Below, piece by piece: positions 25,022 through 35,346 of a DNA stretch of 64,000 nucleotides. Position numbers and translations under genes: made by a program. The notes beneath the pieces are model-generated. The model saw nothing but the letters and a program-made list of their open reading frames with translations. It was not told the DNA's origin and ran no database searches. This DNA is from a virus. The stretch lies in the IMG/VR virus record IMGVR_UViG_3300047284_000202, positions 23,170 through 87,169 of that record. One strand, written 5' to 3'. Each line of letters begins with the position of its first letter. Position 1 is the stretch's first letter.

Positions 25022-25488
25022 CACTATATCAAGAGATCAAAAAAGAAATGAAGGGTTTTGGTAAAACAAATACTTGGTATCGTGACTGGTTATTTGGCAA
25101 AGTTAGTGGACATTATACTCAAAAACCAAAACCAGGGCAGATGCTCTTTTTCTCATACTTTGCAACTACTTTAAAAGTACCATATTTTGATAAGTATCCC
25201 TTAGTTATGGTATCTGAGATCGGAGAAGATTACTTTGCTGGTGGAAATCTTCATTATATGGAACCGACACTAAGAACTTCTATTGGCAAATCATTTAAAA
25301 ATGGTGGAATGTCATATCCACTTAAGATGCATCATAAATACTTAAAGATAAATGCTAATTCCCCCTTATTTGTTATTGATGAAGTAGAATGGGCTGATAT
25401 TGGTCTCATTCCAGTAGAAGAATTTGTTAAATTTGTTGATGGGAGAACAGTGAAAATTCCATCATCAAAGGTTTGGAACGACTCATGA
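25018..25488 (+). CDS. gp2: DNA end-protector-like protein
   Basis: PGQMLFFSY...YFDKYPLV...GNLHYM; synteny with gp4. Confidence 0.75.
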   Translation: MTLYQEIKKEMKGFGKTNTWYRDWLFGKVSGHYTQKPKPGQMLFFSYFATTLKVPYFDKYPLVMVSEIGEDYFAGGNLHYMEPTLRTSIGKSFKNGGMSYPLKMHHKYLKINANSPLFVIDEVEWADIGLIPVEEFVKFVDGRTVKIPSSKVWNDS

Positions 25489-26228
25489 GTTTTAACAATT
25501 TTGAAAATTTTAGACAGAGAATTACTGGGGAGGCAACATGGAATCCTGCCACCAGTAATTTGTATGGGGTTAGTATATCGAAACCAAAAGTTGCTCAACA
25601 AAAGTATCTGGGAACAATCACTCAAAGAGAGTGGGATGATAGAATAAATCTACTTGCTGATGAGGTTACGGTTCCAAGCAGACAGTTGACGACTGGTGAA
25701 GGAAGAACCTTCGGTGCAATGTATAGGTATACAACTGGAACAACCTTCAGTGAAATTACGATCAGTTTTCTATTGACAAAGGATTTATCTATTCGTCTGT
25801 GGTTTGAGAGATGGATGAATTTCACTCAGTCAGACTCTTCTAATTTCGTTCTACCTCACGAAGATTATACAGCACAATTGAGAATATCTAAGTGGGAAGC
25901 AGGATCTAATATCGTAGTGCAACAAAAGAATACTGAAGGTAAAGTCATAGGTCAGAAGAGACTGAGAACATGTACTGGTAATTGGATTGTTCAGAATGCA
26001 TTCCCATTCAATATTAGTACCATGACATTTAATAATGCAGAAACAACTCTACTGAAGTGTGATGTTTCTTTTTATTATGATAGATATAGATTTGATAATG
26101 CTGGAAATGCTTCTAGTGGATTAGCAGGTGGTACAACATATATTGATAACTCAAACAATGCACTATCTGACTACATTTCTACAGTTAGAAGTAGAGGTGA
26201 TGTATTTGGAAGTGTTGAGTATGAGTGA
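25485..26228 (+). CDS. Tail tube or tube-initiator protein (gp19/gp54 fold)
   Basis: EVTVPSRQL, ITISF, WFERWM, NAFPFNI; synteny. Confidence 0.7.
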   Translation: MSFNNFENFRQRITGEATWNPATSNLYGVSISKPKVAQQKYLGTITQREWDDRINLLADEVTVPSRQLTTGEGRTFGAMYRYTTGTTFSEITISFLLTKDLSIRLWFERWMNFTQSDSSNFVLPHEDYTAQLRISKWEAGSNIVVQQKNTEGKVIGQKRLRTCTGNWIVQNAFPFNISTMTFNNAETTLLKCDVSFYYDRYRFDNAGNASSGLAGGTTYIDNSNNALSDYISTVRSRGDVFGSVEYE

Positions 26229-26261
26229 TAAATAAAAATATGAATTAGTAGTTGAGTAATT

Positions 26262-26978
26262 ATGCCTTTACCTAAATTATCTGTTCCTGAGTATGAGTTG
26301 GAACTCCCTACAACAAAGGAGAAAGTAAAATATAGACCATTTCTCGTTCGTGAAGAGAAGATTCTATTCATGGCAATGGAATCTCAAGATGAAAAGGAAA
26401 TGGTCAATGCAGTAAAAACTATTATTAAAAATTGTACGAATGTAAAAAGAAAGGTTGAGGAACTTGCAACTTTTGAAATTGAATATCTCTTCCTGAAAAT
26501 TCGTGCTAAGTCTGTGGGTGAGGGTAGTAATTTTATGGTTACCTGCCCAGATGATGGTGAAACTCAAGTCGAAGTTAAGATCAATCTAGATGAAATTGAA
26601 CTTGAGATGGATGATAATCATAGTAGAAAAATCATGCTAGATGATTCTGTGGGTGTGATGATGAAGTATCCTTCTCTAGATACCTTCGTCAAACTAAATC
26701 TTTCTACAGAAGATACTCCATCAATGGATAACATGTTTGAACTTGCTGCAGGTAGCATTGAGCAAATTTTCTCTGGAGATGAAGTTTGGGAAGCAAAGGG
26801 AACACCAAAGAAGGAAATCTTGGATTTCTTGGAGGGCATGAATAATGAACAATTCCAACTAATTCAATCTTTCTTTGAAACCATGCCAAAACTCAAGAAA
26901 GTTATTAATGTGAAGAATCCAAATACTGGAGTTGTATCTGAAGTTGTGCTTGAGGGATTAGCATCTTTTTTCGCATAG
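26262..26978 (+). CDS. gp26: Baseplate hub assembly protein
   Basis: MPLPKLSVPEYELELP...YRPFLVREEK...RAKSVGE...EGLASFF. Confidence 0.93.
   Translation: MPLPKLSVPEYELELPTTKEKVKYRPFLVREEKILFMAMESQDEKEMVNAVKTIIKNCTNVKRKVEELATFEIEYLFLKIRAKSVGEGSNFMVTCPDDGETQVEVKINLDEIELEMDDNHSRKIMLDDSVGVMMKYPSLDTFVKLNLSTEDTPSMDNMFELAAGSIEQIFSGDEVWEAKGTPKKEILDFLEGMNNEQFQLIQSFFETMPKLKKVINVKNPNTGVVSEVVLEGLASFFA
26966..26972 (+). other. Putative -1 ribosomal frameshift site (T TTT TTC)
   Basis: X XXY YYZ heptamer in the gp26 reading frame. The -1 frame continues without a stop into the gp51 ORF. Confidence 0.65.
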
Positions 26979-26983
26979 CACTG

Positions 26984-27175
26984 TTGCATGATAATCTTGG
27001 AAACTATTACAAGACTAATTTCGCACTCATGCAGCACCACAAATATAGTCTGACTGAATTGGAGGATATGATACCTTGGGAAAGGGATATCTACGTTAGA
27101 ATGCTTATGAAATGGTTAAAAGAAGAAGAACAACGTCAGAGATCTGCACAAGCACAAGGTAAAGTTAGTCTCTAA
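26984..27175 (+). CDS. gp51: Baseplate hub assembly chaperone, probably expressed as a gp26 frameshift fusion
   Basis: YYKTNFALMQHHKYSLTELEDMIPWERDIY. Only a TTG start, with no clear RBS. Confidence 0.85.
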   Translation: MHDNLGNYYKTNFALMQHHKYSLTELEDMIPWERDIYVRMLMKWLKEEEQRQRSAQAQGKVSL

Positions 27176-30100
27176 TGGCACAGATTAAAGTTAGGTCATT
27201 CGTAAAGGTAAATCCCACTACTAAAGCTAGTAGTGGGATTGCTGCGTCTTATGCAGCAACTATAAAAGGTATCAATAGAATGGGAGGGGCAGTAGAATCC
27301 CTCGGTAAAAATTTAGAAACGGTAGATAAGTTATTTAAATTTAGAAATGAATTCTTGATTCAATCGCAGGCAAAACGAATCAAGTTAGAAGATAGGTTAA
27401 GTGCAGCAGATGCAAGAGATGAAAAACTATCTGAGCAGAAACAGAAACGTTGGTGGAGACGTTTCTTAGATCAAAAAGCAGAAGATGCTAGTGAGAAAGC
27501 AGTTAAGGATCCTGAAAAGGTAATTGATAAGAAGGCAGATATAATCAAAAAAGCATTATCACCACTTGAGAAGTTCTTCAAGGTCTTCAATGGTGTGTTG
27601 GAACCAATCATGAGAATGTTTGTTCTCATGCCAATTCTCAATTGGATCACAGGGCAGGATACTGGAAAGTTAGCAAAAACAATAGGTAATGTAATAACCA
27701 TTGTTAGTTTTGTTCGAAAACTTGTTGGATTTGGTGTAGGTACATTATTAGATGGACTATCAAATCTATTTGGTGGTTTTGATAGAATTAAGCATGGAAA
27801 TGTTGCTGGTGTACTGCAGGGATTTGTTGGTGCATTACAATTAGTCAGTGGTGTTGCTTTAGTTAAGGCAGCACAGTATATCTTCATGCCTTGGAAACTC
27901 ATTGGTGATGTTAAGTGGGTAACCAGTCTGTTCACCGAATGGGGTAAGATTACTGGTGAGGCACAAGGTGCCGCAATGAATAAAGACATTGCTGGGTATG
28001 TTGATAAGAATGGTAATGTAATCTCTAAGGAAGATTTTGAGAAAGCAAAAGCAAAAGCACGAAAGCATGATGAAAAGGTTGCCAAAAGGCAAGGTAAGGG
28101 ATGGGCATACAGTGGTGGTCAAGATTACCTAGGTGATAGGTATCGTGCACAATATGGTGGACGTAAGAAAGGATTCCTAGCACGAAATGCTCAACGTGGT
28201 AGAATTGCATTTAAACGTGGAACTAGAGGAATTCGTGGTCAATTTAAAATGGCTGGGAATTGGATGGCAGCCAATCCAACAAAGGGTAATGCTATTTTCT
28301 CAGTTGTAGGTGGTGTAACTAGAGCAGCTACTGGTTTAATGTCTGGTGAAGGTGGTGCAGCAGTTGGTGCTGGAGTTGGACAGGCTGCAGGTGGCATTGC
28401 TGGTTTTGCTCTTGGTAATATGCTTCTTCCTGGTATTGGAGGAATCATTGGTTCTGCTTTAGGATCATTCTTAGGTGAATGGGTTGGGACCAAATTGGGT
28501 CCAATGATTGAACCAATTATCAAACCAATTGGTAATGCATTTAAACTTGGATTTGATATTATTTCTCCTGCTGTTGGGTTTATTGCTGGTGAAGCAGGAG
28601 AGATGTTCTCTGCATTATTTGATGGTCTCGGTGCTCTATTCCAACTTTCAGGGTATATTGCTAAAGTTGGAATGGATGTGCTCAAATTTGCTTGGGAAAG
28701 TTCATTAATCAAAAAGGCAGTTGATGGATTGGTTTGGATTTGGAAAAATAAAGATAATATTGGTGGTGCAGTAAGAGATGTTTTAGCTACTGGTGCTAAG
28801 GGACTTGCTGATAGTTTGACCTTTAACGTATTTGATTTTGATAGACAAAATAAGAAAGCAATTGGTGGTCCTGTTCCAATAATGGCAGCAGGTGGTGTTC
28901 TGGAAACAGATAGTCCAGAAGTGATGGGATTGAAGTATGCTGGATCTGCTATCATTGCAACTACTTCTTCTACACTGGACAGACTTGGTATTGTTGGTAA
29001 TATTGTCAAGTCTGCAATTGCACCTCAAGTTAGTTTTTATGGTAATTTATTTGGTGTGAGTAAGGTTGCAATTTCTGGTGACAGAATGCAATCTCAGATC
29101 AATAAACCTTCTGCAGACCTAAACGTTGGAAGTCAAAGTGCTCCATCATCAGATAACAGTGCTGCGAGAAAATTAATTGGTGAAGGATCTGTAAATATTC
29201 TTACGGCACAACCAGATAAATTTAGTCCAATAAATCAAAAAACCACCAGAGGATTACTTGCTGACATTTATAATGCTTTTGTGTCTGCACGTTTTGGTGG
29301 AGGTGGTGGAACTACCAACAATCCTGCTGTTCCAGGTACAGATGCCGCATTAACTGCAGCAGATTTAAAAGCAATTCAGGCATCTTCTGCAGATAAGAGG
29401 GCAGCAGCACACCTAGCAACTTTGGAAGCTAGTGCACCTCAACATGTTGCTGATGTTTATCAGGTAATTTTAAACAGAGCAGCAAAACAATCTGGTGGTA
29501 TTCCAGCAGTTATTACGGCAAGAGAGCAGTTCTCCCCATATTCTGCGGCATTATATGGTTCCAGTGCTGATGGTGCTGCAGCATCTAAGTATGGGTCATT
29601 GAAGTTAACTAAGAAGGAACTGTTTGAACTTGCTGCTAAACCAGATGGAATACAGCAATTAACAAAGAGATTCCAAGCAGGCAATCCCAGTGTTGCTGCA
29701 AAAGTTCTTGCTGACTTTGAAATGAATGGTCCACTATCACAATCTGCTAAGAAATTTGTTGGTGGTGCTCAATATTTTATGGGGTACAAAGTTACTGCTG
29801 TTGATAGAAGAAGACCAGATGGTGGAAACTGGATTCGTGATAAGTATGCAGTTGGTGGTGTTTACAAGTATGATAATTTGATGGATTATTATGGAAGCAG
29901 AGGTAAAACTGGGCAGCAACTGAAGAAAGCATATATGATACAGGACATTGAAGGTACAGAACTAAAAAGAAAATTTGCTGCTGGTGGTGTTTATAATTAC
30001 AATTTAATACCAGCACAGGCATATGGTGCTTCTAGAGATGGTGGTCGTAGACAACATGCTGGACAGGATTTAGATATTTCTGGTAATGAAGCAGTACAAA

Positions 30101-30828
30101 CATTTGGTGGTGGAGTTGTTGTTGGTGTATATCACCAAAGTGGTGGTTATGGCAAATATATTGATATCTGGAATGATAAATTAAAAGTTGTAGAAAGAAT
30201 TGCAGAACTAAGTAGTTTCAGTGTCAAGAAAGGTGATACTCTACAACCAGGTCAAATTGTAGGTAGAGGTGAGACGGACACTGGAGTTGCTCACATTGAA
30301 GTTCGTCCAATGAGTTCATATGCAGAAAAATATGGATTCAGTGGAACCAGAAATCCATTAGCATTTTGGAAGTCTGTGGGAGCTGCTGTTGATGTTGGTG
30401 GTAATAAAATCAAACTTACATCAAAGGTAACTGGATCTGCAGATTTTGTCCCTTCCGATATTGCTGGTGGTGGAACTGGTGGTAAATCACTATTAGAGGG
30501 TGGTGGGGGAGTATCTGATCCATTTATTGGTGCACAACAAGATTTAGATAAAGCACTGAAATTGTGGGCAGAAGCATTTGGTGGATCTACTGCAAGTACG
30601 TCCAATTCTCTATCACCAAAGGCATCACCTTCTGTAAGTGCAGCTCCAGTGTCAACATCAACTTCATCTACAGTTCAGAGAGGTTCTGAACAACATGTAT
30701 CTAGAGAAGCAACTAAACCAGGTGTGGCTGCTGTTGTTCCAGTTCCATTAGTTGCACAGGTAGGATCACCACAACCACTACCTACATTTGTTAAGAGTAC
30801 AGCACTTCCAAAGGCAACAGTTAACTAA
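27175..30828 (+). CDS. Tape-measure or hub-like virion protein with cell-wall hydrolase and M23 peptidase domains
   Basis: Long Gly/Ala helical region, VYQVILNR...VITAREQFSPY (SleB-like), and RQHAGQDLD...GYGKYI...HIEVR (M23). Confidence 0.7.
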   Translation: MAQIKVRSFVKVNPTTKASSGIAASYAATIKGINRMGGAVESLGKNLETVDKLFKFRNEFLIQSQAKRIKLEDRLSAADARDEKLSEQKQKRWWRRFLDQKAEDASEKAVKDPEKVIDKKADIIKKALSPLEKFFKVFNGVLEPIMRMFVLMPILNWITGQDTGKLAKTIGNVITIVSFVRKLVGFGVGTLLDGLSNLFGGFDRIKHGNVAGVLQGFVGALQLVSGVALVKAAQYIFMPWKLIGDVKWVTSLFTEWGKITGEAQGAAMNKDIAGYVDKNGNVISKEDFEKAKAKARKHDEKVAKRQGKGWAYSGGQDYLGDRYRAQYGGRKKGFLARNAQRGRIAFKRGTRGIRGQFKMAGNWMAANPTKGNAIFSVVGGVTRAATGLMSGEGGAAVGAGVGQAAGGIAGFALGNMLLPGIGGIIGSALGSFLGEWVGTKLGPMIEPIIKPIGNAFKLGFDIISPAVGFIAGEAGEMFSALFDGLGALFQLSGYIAKVGMDVLKFAWESSLIKKAVDGLVWIWKNKDNIGGAVRDVLATGAKGLADSLTFNVFDFDRQNKKAIGGPVPIMAAGGVLETDSPEVMGLKYAGSAIIATTSSTLDRLGIVGNIVKSAIAPQVSFYGNLFGVSKVAISGDRMQSQINKPSADLNVGSQSAPSSDNSAARKLIGEGSVNILTAQPDKFSPINQKTTRGLLADIYNAFVSARFGGGGGTTNNPAVPGTDAALTAADLKAIQASSADKRAAAHLATLEASAPQHVADVYQVILNRAAKQSGGIPAVITAREQFSPYSAALYGSSADGAAASKYGSLKLTKKELFELAAKPDGIQQLTKRFQAGNPSVAAKVLADFEMNGPLSQSAKKFVGGAQYFMGYKVTAVDRRRPDGGNWIRDKYAVGGVYKYDNLMDYYGSRGKTGQQLKKAYMIQDIEGTELKRKFAAGGVYNYNLIPAQAYGASRDGGRRQHAGQDLDISGNEAVQTFGGGVVVGVYHQSGGYGKYIDIWNDKLKVVERIAELSSFSVKKGDTLQPGQIVGRGETDTGVAHIEVRPMSSYAEKYGFSGTRNPLAFWKSVGAAVDVGGNKIKLTSKVTGSADFVPSDIAGGGTGGKSLLEGGGGVSDPFIGAQQDLDKALKLWAEAFGGSTASTSNSLSPKASPSVSAAPVSTSTSSTVQRGSEQHVSREATKPGVAAVVPVPLVAQVGSPQPLPTFVKSTALPKATVN

Positions 30829-30855
30829 TAAATACTTACGGAAAGGGGAATCTAA

Positions 30856-33800
30856 ATGGCAACACCCACAGATAGACCAGCAAAACCTAAACTTTATAAG
30901 ATGGTTTCTGTACCAAAGGTAACTGGTGGTGCTACTATTAAAGTTGGTGGTAGCACCATTACTGGTGGTGGTGCATCAATGACTGGAATCATCAAGGCAA
31001 TGAATAGTCTTGGTGCAACTGTTAATAGTGTTGCTATTATTACGGAGTCTATTGCTAAGCAAACTCAAAGAACAATTGCTACTGAAATTAGACAGCAGAG
31101 TGAACTAATTCGTAGGCAAGAAAGACTCAGAAAAGTAAAAGCAAAAACTGACAAAGATAAGGAAGACAGAAAGAGAAAAGAAGCACAAAGACAGAGGGAT
31201 GCAGAATCCGAAAAGAAATCTGAAGCAGGTGGTAAATTCTTAGTTAAGTTCACTAAATTTGCAACTGCAGCAGCAGGAGGATTCTTTCAAGGATTGGCAA
31301 CATTACTTGGTGGTATTTTCAAGGCATTTGTAGTAACTGCTGTACTTGATTGGATTAGTAAACCAGGAAATACTGATAAGGTTGCTAACATCATTAAAGG
31401 TATTGTTGGTATCTTTAAGGTTTTCCAGAGACTATTATCTTTTGGTGTAAGTAGTGCTTTAGAGGGACTTGCAAAATTAATTGAGAATCCAATATCATTC
31501 AAGGGATTATTTGGTGCAGTACAATTTATTGTAGGTGCTGCTATATTAATGAAGGGAATGAAGTGGATGATGAATCCAGCTTCCCTAGCAAAAGATTTTG
31601 TTTCGGTTCTATCCTTTGTTGCTAAGGGCATCATTAACCTGAAGAAAGGTGTTGGTGTATATGGTGCCATAAAGAAACTTGCCTCCACCAGAGCAGGCAA
31701 ATATGCCATGGCAGGTGCCGTGGGAGTCGGTGCTGGGATGGGTTCTGCCCTGCTGGGTGGCACTAAGGAGGAAGCAATCGGCACGGGTCTCGGTGCTGCA
31801 GCAGGCACCATCGGTGGGGAGATGCTCGGCACTGCGTTGGGTGGTGAGGCTGGTGGAAAGGTTGGAGCAGCTGCTGGAGGTCTCCTAGGGGGTCTTGTGG
31901 GTGGTCCTGTGGGCAAAGCACTCAAGCCAGTTACGGATGCCATCGGTAAATTCTTCGGATTGATTGGTCAGATTCTGAAACCAGTATTTGATTTTGTAAT
32001 GAATATTGGTAAAGAATTCTTCAGTGCAATTGGTGATCTAATTCAATCTGTTGTCAATTTACTTGAACCACACAAGGAAACTCTATCTTGGATTGCAAAG
32101 GGATCTCTCTTTGTTGCATTCATGCCTTTGATCATGTTGATGAAGGGCATAACAAGTTTAATTAGATTATTCGTACCAAAAGGTTCTGCAGATAAGGGAA
32201 GAAGTGATACTACAAAAAGAGCAATAGGTGGTCCAGTTGTTGTGCCTAAGATGGCAACAGGTGGAATGATTGGAAATACTGTCATGGCAAATCCAATCAC
32301 CCAACAGTTACAGCAAGCACTTTCAAATGCAATCCTATTACCATTCAAAGCAGTTGGTATTGGATTAATTTCTGCTATGAGTATGGTCGGTAGTGTCTTT
32401 GGTGCTTTCCTACCAGGACCAATGCAAATGCTCTTAGGATCAGTATTGGCACCTATTGCATCTATGTTTGGTGTTCCTAATTCAGTCTTTAAGAAGGTTG
32501 CTGGATTTGCACTGAAAGGAATTAAGAATGCAGGACAAGCTGTAGTTGGATTTGCCAATACTGCTTCTGATGCATTATCTGATCTTTTTGATGCTTCTAG
32601 AGGTGATAGTGTTAATGGATTATTATCTAAGATTCTTGATGCTGTTATGAAGATGGGTGGTCATACCACTCCACAAGCATCTATTGGTGGTGTAATTCCC
32701 CAAGCAGCTGCAGGTGGTTGGATTAACGGTCCTATGTCTGGTTATCCAGTATCATTGGATGGTGGAAGATCAACTGCATTTATTGGTCACGGTAGAGAAT
32801 GGGTAGGATTTAAAGGTCGTGCTGCTGGTGGTGGTGCAGGATCTGCTTTTGTCATCCCATTTAATACACCAGCAACTGTCAGAACACCTAGTTTGACTTC
32901 ATTGAGAATGAGTCAGGCACGTGCTGGTGGATATGCATTACCTAGATCTATCGGTGGTGTTGTTCCACAATTTGCAACTGGTGGGGAGTTTGATCCAGCA
33001 AAATATAGAGAAGGAATTAAATCTAGTGATAGAGTTAAGATTCGTTCTCTAGATAAATCATATGTTTTTGGATATACTGTTGGTGAAGATGCACAAGTAA
33101 ATATCAAACAACTCAACAAGTATACTGGTGGATTCCTATCAAATGATCTAGTCGGAGTACAACCAGGATCACCAGAATGGAAAAAGGTAGTTAATTCTAC
33201 AGATGCAATTGATTGGTTTAAATCACATTCTGTACCTGCGATCAAGTCAAGTCAAGTCAAGATTAAAGTAGATCCTCAGGCAGATCTTGGATACTGGTAT
33301 AATCAAGCATATCAGACACATTATAATGATTGGAAGAAAAAGGGACTCTCCCATAGTGAAGCATCTGCTCTAGCATCTAAAGCAGCAAAGGAATTTGCTA
33401 TTTCTAAAAAGGCTGGTTCATTGTTACCAGGAGCAAAGGGTGGATCTGCACCTGCTGATCTTAAGAATGTTGAAGTTGCTTCAGGTGGTCCTGCATCTGG
33501 TGATGCATTATCATCAAAAACAGAATCTGATCCATTTGCATCGGCACAAACAACTTTAGATGAAGCACTTAAGAAATGGCAGGAAGCATTTGGTCCTAAA
33601 ACTGGAGACCAATTAGATAAGCAATCTCAGGACACCAAGAGTGCTCAGGAGAGAGCACAAATGGATGCAACTCAAGCAGCTGCAAATAAACTATCAGCAA
33701 CTGCGACTGCAACTGCTGCTAATGTTGCTAATGCAAAACCACAAGCAGCAGGGGCAATTCCATTAAATAGTACTGGTGAAAGACCTTCTTCTGATATTAA

Positions 33801-33870
33801 TCCATTCTTAAGGTCTCAATTTGGTGTTGTTTCTCAAGCAAATTATGCACCCCAAAATATTGTAGTCTAA
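30856..33870 (+). CDS. Second tape-measure or hub-like virion protein, paralogous to the upstream gene
   Basis: Shares N-terminal architecture, AxGG repeats and the DPF..AQ..LD.ALK.W.EAFG motif. Confidence 0.7.
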   Translation: MATPTDRPAKPKLYKMVSVPKVTGGATIKVGGSTITGGGASMTGIIKAMNSLGATVNSVAIITESIAKQTQRTIATEIRQQSELIRRQERLRKVKAKTDKDKEDRKRKEAQRQRDAESEKKSEAGGKFLVKFTKFATAAAGGFFQGLATLLGGIFKAFVVTAVLDWISKPGNTDKVANIIKGIVGIFKVFQRLLSFGVSSALEGLAKLIENPISFKGLFGAVQFIVGAAILMKGMKWMMNPASLAKDFVSVLSFVAKGIINLKKGVGVYGAIKKLASTRAGKYAMAGAVGVGAGMGSALLGGTKEEAIGTGLGAAAGTIGGEMLGTALGGEAGGKVGAAAGGLLGGLVGGPVGKALKPVTDAIGKFFGLIGQILKPVFDFVMNIGKEFFSAIGDLIQSVVNLLEPHKETLSWIAKGSLFVAFMPLIMLMKGITSLIRLFVPKGSADKGRSDTTKRAIGGPVVVPKMATGGMIGNTVMANPITQQLQQALSNAILLPFKAVGIGLISAMSMVGSVFGAFLPGPMQMLLGSVLAPIASMFGVPNSVFKKVAGFALKGIKNAGQAVVGFANTASDALSDLFDASRGDSVNGLLSKILDAVMKMGGHTTPQASIGGVIPQAAAGGWINGPMSGYPVSLDGGRSTAFIGHGREWVGFKGRAAGGGAGSAFVIPFNTPATVRTPSLTSLRMSQARAGGYALPRSIGGVVPQFATGGEFDPAKYREGIKSSDRVKIRSLDKSYVFGYTVGEDAQVNIKQLNKYTGGFLSNDLVGVQPGSPEWKKVVNSTDAIDWFKSHSVPAIKSSQVKIKVDPQADLGYWYNQAYQTHYNDWKKKGLSHSEASALASKAAKEFAISKKAGSLLPGAKGGSAPADLKNVEVASGGPASGDALSSKTESDPFASAQTTLDEALKKWQEAFGPKTGDQLDKQSQDTKSAQERAQMDATQAAANKLSATATATAANVANAKPQAAGAIPLNSTGERPSSDINPFLRSQFGVVSQANYAPQNIVV

Positions 33871-33871
33871 T

Positions 33872-35335
33872 ATGTTACAGTCACACGGTTATAAATTAGC
33901 ATCTATTGATATTACTTTGGCTGATAATAAGCAGTACAATATCAAAGGTATTGTCAGTGAATTTACTATATTTGAAAGTATTGATTCACCAGCAGTTCGT
34001 GCAGAATTTCTAATTGCTGATGCTACGGATTTCATTAGTAGCATTTATGGAAATGAGACGATTGAATTAGAGTTGGCAACTGATTCTGACACAACAGTAT
34101 CTTATAAGTTGAAGCAAAAGATTTATAAGATTGGTTCCAATGTCAAGAATGAAAGAATGCAGATGTATGTCTTACATACTGTAAGTGAGGAGGCAATTAG
34201 GAATGAAACCAACAGAGTATTCAAAACTTTTAAGGGTACTGCTTCAGATACTGTAAGAAAAGTATTAACTGATAATCTTCAAACAAGGAAAAAAGTTATT
34301 GTAGAAAATACACAATCTTCTTTCCCATTCATTTCCCCTAGCTGGAGACCATTTGATGTGATTTCTTATCTAACCGATAAGTCAGTTAGAGTTGGTAGAG
34401 AGAAGATTCAAAGTTCATTCATGTTCTTTGAGAACAGAGATGGGATACACTTTGAGTCGATTGATTCACTGATCGAAAAATCACAAAACATGGTTCCTAG
34501 TGGAAATGTTGTGAAGGGTCTTTTGACAGGTGATAGATCAAAGGCACAGATGAAGAAATTTGTCTATGCTCAAAAGAATGTTGGATCTCCAGGTAACAAC
34601 TATTATAATATTCAGAGAGTTACCTATCCAGACAAGTATGATGTAATTAACAACCTAAGAACTGGTGTTTTAGGAAACTCAATTATTGGAATTGATTTGC
34701 ATTCATTTAATGATTCTGCACTTCCAAAAGCATCTGCAACGTCTTCATCATCAACTGCAACACCAATTGGACCAGGTGGTGGTAATTATTTTATTGCTTC
34801 TAGATCTGCAGACTCATATTGGAAAGAGTTTTCTCACATTGATAAGAATAATCCATTTGCAGTTTCTTCAAAATCTCTACTGCCAGGTAAAGGACATCGC
34901 AAAAGACTAAAGTATATTGCTGGATCTGGTTTTGCTGATACTAGTCAAGCATCTGTAACACCCAATCAACAGACTGCAAATCAGGCAGCAAAAAATCCAA
35001 CAACTTCAATATCACCTCTCACCCAAGGTACAAATAATAAAGGTGGTGCTGCTATACAACCACAGCAGATTTTAGAATCTGCATTATATTCTCTGATGAG
35101 GTATCAGGCAATCAATTTAATTAAGCTAAATATAGTAGTACCTGGGAATGTCGGTGTTACTGTTGGTGATGTAATTGAAGTTGAATTGCCTGCTGCGAAT
35201 GAGTCTGGTAAATCCCTACCAAAAGAATCAACATACAGTGGTTATTATTTAGTTTTAGGAGTTGTACATGTGTGGAGACCAGAGGGTGTTACTACCAATA
35301 TAGATATCGGTAGGGATAGTGTTAAAGACTATTGA
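33872..35335 (+). CDS. Baseplate hub protein, gp27-like
   Basis: IFESIDSP, FISPSWRPF, FMFFENRDGIHFESID, VPGNVGVTVGD...YSGYYLV; upstream of gp5. Confidence 0.75.
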   Translation: MLQSHGYKLASIDITLADNKQYNIKGIVSEFTIFESIDSPAVRAEFLIADATDFISSIYGNETIELELATDSDTTVSYKLKQKIYKIGSNVKNERMQMYVLHTVSEEAIRNETNRVFKTFKGTASDTVRKVLTDNLQTRKKVIVENTQSSFPFISPSWRPFDVISYLTDKSVRVGREKIQSSFMFFENRDGIHFESIDSLIEKSQNMVPSGNVVKGLLTGDRSKAQMKKFVYAQKNVGSPGNNYYNIQRVTYPDKYDVINNLRTGVLGNSIIGIDLHSFNDSALPKASATSSSSTATPIGPGGGNYFIASRSADSYWKEFSHIDKNNPFAVSSKSLLPGKGHRKRLKYIAGSGFADTSQASVTPNQQTANQAAKNPTTSISPLTQGTNNKGGAAIQPQQILESALYSLMRYQAINLIKLNIVVPGNVGVTVGDVIEVELPAANESGKSLPKESTYSGYYLVLGVVHVWRPEGVTTNIDIGRDSVKDY

Positions 35336-35346
35336 GGCATCAAGAA

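Noticed and set aside
31882-31897. 16-nt exact match CTCCTAGGGGGTCTTG, also at 57384-57399
   Set aside because: A single 16-mer match in 64 kb can arise by chance. The second copy is explained by a hairpin and promoter, and no further copies were seen.
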